This document shows positions 38,610 through 50,767 of a DNA stretch of 64,000 nt, in pieces (position 1 is the stretch's first letter; the number at the start of each line of letters is the position of its first letter). Origin of the DNA: Macrostomum lignano (taxonomy: Eukaryota); contig NIVC01002732.1 in NCBI GenBank assembly GCA_002269645.1, positions 1 to 64,000 on the forward strand. The letters are read 5' to 3'. Both the position numbers and the translations under genes were made by a program. A model generated the notes under the pieces. It made no database searches, was not told the DNA's origin, and was given only the letters and a program-made list of their open reading frames with translations.

Positions 38610-39771
38610 AGTGGTGCTAATCTGGGGGAAATGGTGCTAATCTGGAGGGAGTGGTGCTAAACTGGAGGGAGTAGTGCTAATCTGGAGGGAGTGGTGCTAA
38701 TCTGGATAAGTGGTGCTAATCTGGAGGGAGTGGTGCTAATCTGGATAAGTGATGCTAAACTGGGGGAAATGGTGCTAATCTGGAGAGAGTGGTGCTAAGC
38801 TGGAGGGAGTGCTGCTAATCTGGATAAGTGGTGCTAATCTGGATAAGTGGTGCTAAACTGGATAAGTGGTGCTAAACTGGGGGAAATGGTGCTAATCTGG
38901 ATAAGTGGTGCTAATCTGGATAAGTGGTGCTAATCTGGATAAGTGGTGCTAATCTGGATAAGTGGTGCTAATCTGGATAAGTGGTGCTAATCTGGATAAG
39001 TGGTGCTAATCTGGATAAGTGGTGCTAATCTGGATAAGTGGTGCTAATCTGGATAAGTGGTGCTAATCTGGATAAGTGGTGCTAATCTGGATAAGTGGTG
39101 CTAAACTGGGGGAAATGGTGCTAATCAGGATGGAGCAGTGCTAATCTGGAGGGAGTAGTGCTAATCTGGAGGGAGCAGTGCTAATCTGGAGGCAGCAGTG
39201 CTAATCTGGAGGGAGCAGTGCTAATCTGGAGGGAGTAGTGCTAATCTGGAGCGAGCAGTGCTAATCTGGAGGGAGCAGTGCTAATCTGGAGGGAGCAGTG
39301 CTAATCTGGAGGGAGCAGTGCTAATCTGGAGAGAGTAGTGCTAATCTGGAGCGAGCAGTGCTAATCTGGAGGGAGTGGTGCTAATTTGGAAAAGTGGTGC
39401 TAATCTGGAGGGAGTGGTGCTAATCTGGATAAGTGGTGCTAAACTGGGGGAAATGGTGCTAATCTGGAGGGAGTGGTGCTAAGCTGGAGGGAGTGCTGCT
39501 AATCTGGATAAGTGGTGCTAAACTGGGGGAAATGGTGCTAATCTGGAGGGAGTGGTGCTAAGCTGGAGGGAGTGCTGCTAATCTGGATAAGTGGTGCTAA
39601 TCTGGGGAAGTGGTGCTAATCTGGATAAGTGGTGCTAATCTGGGGGAAGTGGTGCTAATCTGGATAAGTGGTGCTAATCTGGGGGAAGTGGTGCTAATCT
39701 GGAGGGAGTGGTGCTAATCTGGGGGAAGTGGTGCTAATCTGGATAAGTGGTGCTAATCTGGGGGAAGTGGT
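38610..39771 (+). repeat. G-rich minisatellite of unit E
   Basis: About 1.16 kb. Confidence 0.96.
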
Positions 39772-40920
39772 ATAAAGATTTGGTACATTATAATTTTTTG
39801 TTGATAGCTTCAGGTTGGTTGTGGTTGTTTTTGAAGTCGGATGTGAGCTGCTCAGTGGTTGCTTTTGAGCGATTTCTGGGGTTGCTTCCAACAGGTGGTA
39901 AATACCTGTATTGTGATACACAGTTCAAGAATACTGTACATTTAAAAGCCTCAAGTTTTTTTATAATAAATCATAAACTTGGTTATATTAGTATTTGAGG
40001 TATGAGGTGGCTTTATTAGATTGATTCTCATGCAGGACAGGGTGGAATTGATTGATTGTCATAGTCTCTATGAACGGTCATTGTAAAATGGGTTGATTTT
40101 CCGTCTTCAAGAGTAAAGAAACTTTCAGAGTGCGGAGCGTAAATGTCCTTTTTCTCCCTACATGAGGCAATTGGCTGCTAGTATAACATGCTGACAGAAG
40201 CGAATTGTGTAAAACACACGAAGTTCCACTTAGTGACGGTTTGGGCCATAGACATAATGCAGGTCAAAATTAAAACATCAAATTAAGCTTCTTGGCCCTG
40301 TACTAGCAGTCTCTTCAGGGCTGTCTTTACAGTATAAATATTCGTTTAGGACTACGAAAGGCATATGAAAATGGTTAAACTGTACTGACTCAGTGTGTAC
40401 TTTTTGCCACACGCTGGAAAGCAGCGAAGCCATAGACGAGAGTAATAAAATTGAGAACAGATTTGACCATAGACAGTCTGCCGATTATTATATTCATCAA
40501 TTGAAAAGCGGGACAGTCCTGGCATTCCTTGCTTACTCAGCAGAGCATCACTTTTATCACGAGAGCCAAGTTCGGACGATCATTTCTTCAAGCAATTTGA
40601 GAGTGAAATCTTGAGATACTCCCAAGGTAAGATCGAATATTTCTTGGACTAATTTAATGTTACAGTACAAGGGACAGAGAACCTTAGCGGGAAACGCTTC
40701 TGATCACCAGGCGCCACATTAATTTGAGGCCTGTGTGCTCGAAGAACGTCCATGATGGCCAACCCACAAGGCTCAGAGAATGTACATGTCTGACGATTAG
40801 AAATTCATGGCCGCTGTACAGCCTGTGTGAGCGTGTTTGTGAGTGCGTGTCTGCGTACAGTACTGGCGCGCAGTTATTTTGTCATTTATATAACTTATTT
40901 CGTTGCTTACATTCCAGAGA

Positions 40921-41301
40921 ATGTTCAAACTGCTGGTGTGCCTATTGGCGATGGCCTCCATTAGCTGCTGCCAGGCAAGCGCTGAGTCAAAGCACAAAGG
41001 CAAATTTCTCTATTGCGGTCCGGCCAGTCCCGTCATGATCGACTGGCTCTGCCGGTCAATCAAACACCTGGAGAGCTTCGGAGTCAAGGACGGTTACATC
41101 GATCCGGCTCAAGGATACCTGCCGCTAAGCGCTCCGGCGCCTTGGAAGAAGAGGTCTGTTCGGTCTATTGGATTAGATTACGGATTATGGGACCCACCAT
41201 CGGCTCACCAGATCAACAGGCGCGGCATTCACGCGCATGTGGCCATGTCACTGTGCTGTCGGAGACTGTGTGATGCCAGGGTGTTCTGCAAAGGCTACTG
41301 A
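40921..41301 (+). CDS. Insulin-like prepropeptide, 6-Cys type (copy 6, 126 aa)
   Basis: Protein identical to copy 2; CDS appears identical to copy 5. Confidence 0.88.
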   Translation: MFKLLVCLLAMASISCCQASAESKHKGKFLYCGPASPVMIDWLCRSIKHLESFGVKDGYIDPAQGYLPLSAPAPWKKRSVRSIGLDYGLWDPPSAHQINRRGIHAHVAMSLCCRRLCDARVFCKGY

Positions 41302-42707
41302 TAGGAATTAGCTAAGACTAAATTATAGCTAAGCAGAGAATCAAACTGAAAGTCATGAATCGTTTTGTTGATTAAAATACATGTTTAACTGCTTTCGAAA
41401 GTTAACATTTCCAGTTTTTAAAGTTATCATAAATCGCATTCACTTATTAAAAGTTTTAAATTAATCTATACCATAATCTACACCATAAAGCCCAATCTGC
41501 AAATTTATGAATTCACTTGCACAGCATAGCTAGTTTTATTAAATGGCCTGCATACTCTTGAACATTCCTGTCTGAAAAGTGACCCCCCCTTGGCTGTCTA
41601 GCAAGGGACACACCTGTCTAGGGGCAGAGTAGTCCAAATCTCGTGCTACAATCCCTGATTCGATTCATTTTAATCATTGGTTACATATGTATTTGTACAT
41701 ATATACACTTATATGTACACAGCTTTTATTTCGCAGCAATACATGCATTTTTATGCACGAATAAAAATTTCTGGCTGGGGTTTTATCGTGCGATTCACGT
41801 ACGCCCCCCCCCATAGTCAGAAAGTGTAAAATGAACGTACTGACGATCAGAAGATATTCAGAGTCACAGCTGCACACGCGACCCGCTGCTATATGAGCGT
41901 GTGTTACGCATACATGTATGTTCCACATGATGAATCGTCTGTAGTAAACCATGCACGGGCTAGCTAATACATTTAAATGTGCGCAAGAGTCAGATTGATG
42001 GGTAATAATTGCCTCTCTGTTGGTTGCGAGACGACGTCGCGGAAAGCGTTGCTCCAGTTTTCCAACCCCCTATGCGATTTACATGTACGTGTACACATGT
42101 ACATGTATGTGCAACACTTGTACGCAAGTCCATGCATAACTCAATTGCATGGTTTTCACACATTTAACTGTAGAACGTACGGCTCGTACATGGCTCAGCT
42201 TGAGCTTACTATTTTAAATGGATATGAAAATTCTGCACCGGTTACCGTTTGTACCAAGGACCACTGTATATAGCTATATACAGTGGTCCTTGGTTTGTAC
42301 ATAGACAAAGTAATCTATTGAATTGGAATTCAACTTACAATTTTCAAGCAAACTTCACATTAACTAGAAAAGAAACACTAAGATCGATTGTGGAATCAAC
42401 TTAATAGGTACTTAAAATATTATGTGATCAGGCAAACTCGAATTTATAAAATTGTGAAACATGGGACTTATACATAAACCTTGTTATAGTGTAATCACAT
42501 TCGACTCGCTATTTTAAATTCGAAAGTCATGATCTTCGATTTCGAAATTAAATATAGAATTTTAGCCGGATCCATAGCCAATAGAAAACGGGTTCCGGTG
42601 CCGGAACTCTAGCCATTACCTATATTATATAGCCTACTGACTTGTATTGTCATAAATCATGTGATGGCCCTAGGCTAGCCTGGCTAGGTTTAGGTAGGCT
42701 TATTACG

Positions 42708-45700
42708 TATAACATTTTTTACTTTTGACATTTGTTTCAGTTTATAAACTATATATGATATGGCATCATAGGGTAGAATCCTAGGCCTAGTAGGCCTATC
42801 TTATCTAAAGGGCAAGGCTAAAGTCTAAAGATTCTGAGGTCAGCTGGATAGGAATATCACAGGTTTCACAGTAGGACATTATTACAATTTTATGCAAATG
42901 ATAACATAAACATAGCCATCATAGGCCTATCTCAAGTTTTCATTCAACTTCAAGCATAGTTAGGCCTATAATTGATATTTTGGGTTTGTGTTTGTGGTAT
43001 ATTTATATTTGGGTGATGATATTTTGGGCATATGATATTGATAGAAAGAACTTTTGGAGTTGTGATTTTTTGGGTTTTTGATTCCCTCCTATACTATAGT
43101 CCTAGAATTCCTAAGCTAGGCCAGGTTTATAGGACTATGTACTATAGTCTAGCTTTTAGTATACTTAGATTTCTTATCAAATGTCAATACTTGTTGGTAT
43201 TGATAAACTATATTTATATCAAATATAATAATTTGGTTATTCTATTCCATAGAGATCCTAATTCAATGGGATCCTAGAAAATTGGATAATTAGGAAAAGA
43301 AGGAATAAGGAAAATTGGATTCTCACAGACTAGGATCCCAACCCTATGAAACACAAAAATCAAAAATAGGTCTTTTGATTAAAAATTTATAGAATTAGTG
43401 ATCAATTGTACTTATTTACATGATCAGATTAGGCCTAGCCTACTTTGTTGGTTATAAAACTTTGCATTGATTTTATTGTGATCTTTATATTTTTTGCTCA
43501 ATTTTATTTAACTTTATATAGACCTACAAACTACAATATACTAAAAGACCTAATCCCAATTCCCAAATCCCAATCCCAATCCCAAGAAAAAAATGATTCC
43601 CAATCCTGATCTTGCCCAAAGATTTCAATCCCATCTGACCTCTAATTTTAACAGCCTGTAAAAAATAAATATCAAATAAAAACCATTTGCCTTCATTATC
43701 TCCATTACTATTATATGTATCTTCTTAATAGTATATGTATATATATATATGTATATGTATATATATATATGTATATATGTATCTTCTTAATATTATATGT
43801 ATTCTTCAACAATAGTATTTAGGTGTTTTGAAGACAATATTTGCCTTTTCACATATTTTCTTAATCAAAATTTCATTTTTAGCAATCTATAAAATTTCTC
43901 AAATCTTGTCTCAAAATTTTCCACAAAAGTCAATATTTCTCAACAATAGAAAAATGTTGAGATCTCATCTCAAATCTCATCTCATCAAGATCTTGCAACA
44001 CCTCTAATAAACATTACCTTTGGCTTTAACTTTTATTGTAGCCTGACCTATATATATTTATTCCACTAAATAAAGCAAGTATACTAGTACAAAATAAATA
44101 TCTTACATATTTATTCTATTTTTGCAAATCATTACCACTAGCAATGGTTTCTTGATAATAATAATGACTAATAAAGATAGATTTAATAGATATAATAATA
44201 AGGAATAAATTGGCACAAATACTCAAAAAGAGTAAAGCTTTGTATCATAGATCATACATTAGTTCGAATCTATCATTATATAGGTATTTATGAATATGAT
44301 TGACTACACATGATAATTAATATAAAATAACTAATAAATAAAATAACTATTTCATTATTTCAAAATAACTAATGAAATAACTAATATTTTAGGATAAAAT
44401 AATTAATGATAAAAAAGAGAAATGTAAATATAATATACATTCAATATTGTGGCCATCTAAATTTAATTTGATTTTAAAATACATTTAATATTTTTATACT
44501 TGATTTTAATTTTAAAGACCCTTTAATAGTTTTATCAAAAATTTTTATTTTAATTATACTATAGTATACTATAGGCCACATGTGACCTGCAAAGCCTCCC
44601 TATCCAGCCCTTGAGTCCTTTGAAACTTCAACAGCAATCTAGCTATCAATGTCTATATCTTTTCTTAGCAGTCTTCTTTCTAATCCTTTCCCTTTTTCTC
44701 TCCTAGTCTTGTCTTCTCTCTCCTTTCTTCTCTAATATTTTTTCTCCTTTCTCCTCTCGTTTCTCTTCCCTCTCTTCTTTATTTTCTCACCTTTCCTTTT
44801 TCCTATCTTCCTTCTCTCTGGTCTCTCTGGTACTTGAGATAAAAAAGTTAGCCAACCCCTAGTCTATGCAATTGATAATAGAAATAATATCTTAACTGAT
44901 TTTCTTTAAACTTATACCATTTGATTAGAAATTTTTTTATGGTGATACACCTTTTGTGGCTAAGTAGAGAGCAATATACTGCATTGTTCAATTCTAAAAG
45001 AAATTAAATATAAAAAAACATGCTTTTTGCAAAGCCCAAGTAGACTTTCAACCTGAAATGCATTGTAAGAATACTAGAAAAAAACCTGACTGACTGAATT
45101 CTGATTTTGATAAGGATTGTAGAACAATAGGCCTTTTATCATCAGTTTACTGGCTGGTTTTGACATTGACTTGAATTTTGCAACAGTTTAAAATATAGTA
45201 TGGAAGCATGTAGTGCAAGACTTGTTTGAGATTGCATAATTGAATTGCTAACTTTAATGGTGACTCCAACCAACTTGATTTGGGTATTGAATTATAAGTG
45301 CTACAATTTATATAATCAGATTAATGACAGCTAGCCTAAATGCAAATGGCTGGAACTGCTAATCTCTGATCTCTGTGTATATATTTTAAAGTAGATATTA
45401 GACATACTTAGTGGATATAGTTATATAAAATTTTTACCAAGGAATGACAATTTCTTTGAAACCTTTGCTAGTAAAACTGTTTAAATTAAGGCCTATTCTT
45501 ATTTATAGTAGGATCAATAAGGTTTTAATAGTCTTATATTGATAAAAACTTAGGATCATTGTTTATGTTTATTGCATTTTAAAATATGCTTGCAATATAC
45601 TGCATTTTATTAAAACTTATTGAGTCATTGACAGATAATCTATAATTTAGCTTATTTTCTTATGAGTAGTAGTTTAAAGTGAGTGATTGGCCATTTGTTA

Positions 45701-45938
45701 TTGCACTCTTTAGACTGCAGTGTGGATTGAAGACTGGTGAGGAGGTTGCTGTCTAGGCCAGCAATTGCTAGCTATTGTTGTTCAAAGTGTCAGTGAACTC
45801 ATTCAGTCTGTCTGAAGTCTGAACTAGTCTATTCTTATGTCCTCATTTGTATTCCCCAGTTTGAAAGGGTGTATAAACAATTATTCAATATATTTTAATC
45901 TTCCTCATATTTATTATCTAAAACTGCCTTTTGCTGCT
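42708..45938. other. AT-rich, CpG-depleted segment
   Basis: Only two CG dinucleotides found by eye (44265, 44758) in about 3.2 kb; TAGGCCTA-type motifs recur. Confidence 0.85.
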
Positions 45939-46202
45939 CGACATATTTTTAAAATCCCCTATGGCTTCCCATTTGGGCTTAATCGCATCAGATTTATAAA
46001 TGCGTGTGAAAGCTTTTTTAAACTTAAATTTCGCTAATCAGTTTTGTGTGACACTATTGAACTGTTAGTAGCATTCATTGAGTATCAAATATGTTTTAGT
46101 TTTCTGCTGACAAAATTTAATATTCCAAGACCTAAGATTGCAGCCATGCTGAGATAGTTATTGATTCCTTCATCCAAGATTATCAGATTCGGATTTGATC
46201 AC

Positions 46203-46500
46203 CGCCAGCCTCCCAGATCCTCAGTTGCTGGGCCAGCCTCCCAGATCCTCAGTTGCTAGGCCAGCTTCCCAGATTCTCAGTTGCTAGGCCAGCCTCCCAG
46301 ATCCTCAGTTGCTGGGCCAGCCTCCCAGATCCTCAGTTGCTAGGCCAGCCTCCCAGATCCTCAGTTGCTGGGCCAGCCTCCCAGATCCTCAGTTGCTAGG
46401 CCAGCTTCCCAGATCCTCAGTTGCTGGGCCAGCCTCCCAGATCCTCAGTTGCTAGGCCAGCCTCCCAGATCCTTATTTGCTTGGCTACCCTCCCAGATCC
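46203..46500. repeat. 28-bp minisatellite (CCTCCCAGATCCTCAGTTGCTAGGCCAG)n
   Basis: About 10 copies; period 28. Confidence 0.93.
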
Positions 46501-47404
46501 AGGGGCTGGTTCTCAGTACCATTAAGAACACTTAACACTGGGATCTCAGTGGTTATGTAAGTAGCGCTTTAAGCATAAAAAGTTCTAGAAAAGTTTCTTA
46601 CTTGGATTTGATTCCTAATTTGAATTGGAATGCACCGGGATTTTTTGGTTTGGGCTGAACTTAACCAACTTAACCAAACATGGCCTACAAAGGGAAGAAA
46701 TCTAGTAAGTATAGAAAGACGGTTAAAGCTTTAATAGGAAGGTCGTGTGTGTAGAGCTATTTTATTTTATTATTCAGTTCTAACTCTTCGGAAAGGAAAT
46801 GCCATGTTGCTAGACTATTTAATAGGACAGCGAAATGCCTTGAAGCAAATGCAGAATGCATTAATTAAGGTCTGATTATTGCATGTACGACTTCAAGGCT
46901 TTCTCGGCTTCATTTGTTTCGGGTAAAATGCGCTATTCGAAATGCGTATTTCAAGCAAATTGAGCAGCTCTTTATCAGCTGAGCTAGTTGTTAGTTGCTA
47001 GTTGCTGCTCAAATGTTAAAGCAAAACAGTCCCTATGAACTTGAGTACCCTTATAGTTCTATAAGTGTTTTGAGCTTTGATCCCCGTCCAAAAAGTTTTG
47101 CAACTAAAAATATTTATAGTTGACGGATTCCACCTTGGCTTGGGCGCCTAATCAGTAAGCAATGCGACGGTCGGTTGGCTACTGAACATGCATTTTTTTC
47201 TATCCGAGTGCCTCAATATGTACTCTTTGATTGCCTCAATCCGTGTCTGCTTTGTCCACTGCGCTAGCGGCTGAGGGACGCGGCTCAGGAATCGGGATAG
47301 AGATATAGGAGAGAGAGACAAAATGGCCTAGTTGTATCTGTCAGGGCCAACGAATATCTAAATTCTGGAATGGCGATTCCGCTACTAGACTGTTCTCACT
47401 TTGT

Positions 47405-47790
<386 letters not shown>

Positions 47791-48242
47791 CTGTTTTCGG
47801 CCGTTATTGAAAGACCCATAGTTAGTCACTGTTTTAAGATTGGCAAACCAGATGACAACAGTCAGTTGTCCTTGCCCACGACCAGCCCGCGTTTTTGCTC
47901 TGTATTTTTTGCTCACCCCTCACCGCACCCAATAGCAGATAACAAGATCCGTTTTCTCGCTCATACATACAGGCCGCAGAAAACGAGCAAGCATATCACT
48001 GGCGTGCACATATTATTTATTACGTAAATTGTAGTAAATGACAGTTACTATACGAATTAAGAAATGGTATTCTCGATTTCTTAGAAATATATTGTTTATG
48101 AACAATAGTCACTAAAAATACGTGCTTTTAAGTGTTGGTTTTTATTGCATTGGTTTCAGTCAGTCTAATGCGATAAACAAGATTCTCTTTTAATTGGACT
48201 CTGTCAGCGAATTGATTTATTGGTGCCAGCTGATTTTCTATC

Positions 48243-48267
48243 ATGGCAGTCTCCGCTTCGTTGCAGG
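48243..48267 (+). CDS. PDZ-domain gene, predicted first coding exon (MAVSASLQ-G)
   Basis: ATG 48243; G|GTGAGT donor; phase 1 matches the PDZ exon at 49604; an upstream CAG acceptor near 48207 suggests non-coding exons further 5'. Confidence 0.55.
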
Positions 48268-48365
48268 GTGAGTTCTAGTAATAATATGTCCCTCGTAAAT
48301 ATTAAAGCACTGCTCTTTTCCTTCACATTTTAGCTAAGTAGATTTTCTTTGCGCTTCGCGCTGCA

Positions 48366-49290
48366 ACTGATCTTGTTGCCCCCTAGCACTGATCTTGTTG
48401 CCCGCTAGCACTGATCTTGTTGCCCGCTAGCACTGATCTTGTTGCCCGCTAGCACTGATCTTGTTGCCCCCTAGCACTGATCTTGTTGCCCCCTAGCACT
48501 GATCTTGTTGCCCCCTAGCACTGATCTTGTTGCCCCCTAGCACTGATCTTGTTGCCCGCTAGCACTGATCTTGTTGCCCCCTAGCACTGATCTTGTTGCC
48601 CCCTAGCACTGATCTTGTTGCCCGCTAGCACTGATCTTGTTGCCCGCTAGCACTGATCTTGTTGCCCGCTAGCACTGATCTTGTTGCCCCCTAGCACTGA
48701 TCTTGTTGCCCCCTAGCACTGATCTTGTTGCCCGCTAGCACTGATCTTGTTGCCCCTAGCACTGATCTTGTTGCCCCCTAGCACTGATCTTGTTGCCCGC
48801 TAGCACTGATCTTGTTGCCCCCTAGCACTGATCTTGTTGCCCGCTAGCACTGATCTTGTTGCCCCCTAGCACTGATCTTGTTGCCCCCTAGCACTGATCT
48901 TGTTGCCCGCTAGCACTGATCTTGTTGCCCCTAGCACTGATCTTGTTGCCCCCTAGCACTGATCTTGTTGCCCCCTAGCACTGATCTTGTTGCCCCCTAG
49001 CACTGATCTTGTTGCCCGCTAGCACTGATCTTGTTGCCCCCTAGCACTGATCTTGTTGCCCCCTAGCACTGATCTTGGCGCCCTCAACCCGAGGACTGAT
49101 CTTGGCGCCCTCAACCCGAGGACTGATCTTGGCGCCCTCAACCCTAGCACTGATCCTGGCGCCCCCAACCTAGCACTGATCTTGGCGCCCTCAACCCTAG
49201 CACTAATCCTGGCGCCCCCAACCTAGCACTGATCTTGGCGCCCCTAGGACTATATTGGCGCCCCTAGCACTGATCCTGGCGCCCTCTGTA
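48366..49290. repeat. 22-bp minisatellite (GCACTGATCTTGTTGCCCCCTA)n, intronic
   Basis: Period 22; degenerates to GATCTTGGCGCCC variants at the 3' end. Confidence 0.95.
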
Positions 49291-49603
49291 TCACTGAACT
49301 TAGCCAGTTCTTAACACTTGACTGCTCTCTTGCCCTGAGTAAGGTGAAAAAAAATATTTGGGTCTAGGTAGATCATGTCCCCAATAATTTCTGTATATTA
49401 TAGTGCGCTGTTTGAACTCTATTTTGCACGTGATAAGTTAACTCATTTAGAAACTCTCACCGATAGGTTAGTTTGTTACGTAACAAGTAGTTTTTGACAG
49501 GTAAATGATTACGTCATAAGGTCTCTAGGGGTTCTTAAGTTTCTAGTATTGACCTGAATAATTAATTTGCCAATATATTAATTTATATATTTTTGTATTT
49601 TAG

Positions 49604-49711
49604 GCGACATCGGCGAAAATCTGAAGACAGTTGTAGTGATAAAATCCAGTAAAGGCTTTGGCTTTGGCATACACAAGGAAAATCCTGTGGTGATTAACAA
49701 AGTTACTGACA
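49604..49711 (+). CDS. PDZ-domain gene exon (first half of PDZ)
   Basis: TTTTAG acceptor, GTAAGT donor; DIGENLKTVVVIKSSKGFGFGIHKENPVVINKVTD contains the GFGF carboxylate-binding loop. Confidence 0.88.
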
Positions 49712-49797
49712 GTAAGTTCTGCTTTAATATTAAGTTAGTTGCTAGTTCAGTCTACTATATTCTCAACTAATCGTGCTAATTGCTTTAAAAAATTCAG

Positions 49798-49905
49798 ATG
49801 GACCAGCCTTCAAAGCTGGTATTAAAATTGGAGATGAAATTGTTTGTGTCGAAGGCCGATCAGTATTGGATTCTCCTCACGAAGTTGTTGCTAGTATGAT
49901 AAAAA
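49798..49905 (+). CDS. PDZ-domain gene exon (second half of PDZ)
   Basis: TTCAG acceptor, GTGAGT donor; (N)GPAFKAGIKIGDEIVCVEGRSVLDSPHEVVASMIK fits the PDZ alphaA-betaD-alphaB pattern. Confidence 0.9.
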
Positions 49906-50029
49906 GTGAGTTCCTATTACTCAGCCGCGACATAATAATTGACTTCGTTGTCACAATGGTCGACATGTTTATTAATTTAATTAGCGACATAGTTAAATGC
50001 ACAGTGATCAACATATATTAAGTGACTTT

Positions 50030-50700
50030 ATTACCGACACATTTAGCGACACAATTATAGAGATATTTAGCGACATATTTATTGACATATGTAGCGAAAC
50101 ACTTATTTAGCGACATATTTAGCGACATAATTATCGACATATTTAGCGACAAAATTATCGACATATTTAGCGTCACAATTATCGACATATTTAGCGACAC
50201 TTATCGACATATTTAGCGACAAAATTATCGACATATTTAGCGTCACAATTATCGACATATTTAGCGACACTTATCGACATATTTAGCGACAATAATCAAC
50301 ATGTTTAGCGACACAATTATAGAGATATTTAGCGACATATTTATTGACATCCAGAAACACTTATTTAGCGACATATTTAGCGACATAATTATCGACATAT
50401 TTAGCGACAAAATTATCGACATATTTAGCGTCACTATTATCGACATATTCAGCGACACTTATCGACATATTTAGCGACACACTTATAGGGATATTTAGCT
50501 ACATAATTATCAATAGATTTAGCGGCACAATTTTCAAAAAATTAAGCGACAATTATCGAAATATTTAGCGGCACTATTATCGACAAATTAAGCGACACAA
50601 TTATCGACACAATTATTGACACAATTATTGACATATTTAGCGACGCAATTATCGACCTATTAAACGACACAATGATTGACATATTAAGCGAACGTATTTC
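50030..50700. repeat. Degenerate 12/24-bp repeat (ATTTAGCGACAC/AATTATCGACAT)
   Basis: GCGAC/TCGAC cores every about 12 bp, with block duplications. Confidence 0.88.
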
Positions 50701-50767
50701 CGACAAATTTAACATTGGGTAAAAATATCCTAACCTAAGCCCAATTATCCAAATTAACAACCCGCAG

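Larger units (their letters stand above)
15036..42748 (+). repeat. Five-copy tandem segmental amplification (units start 15036, 19628, 24775, 34275, 38562)
   Basis: Each unit = 48-bp leader + G-rich minisatellite + about 1.15 kb upstream flank + gene + about 1.45 kb 3' flank; junction CAGTT-TATAAA-ACCCGAG repeated four times. Confidence 0.95.
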
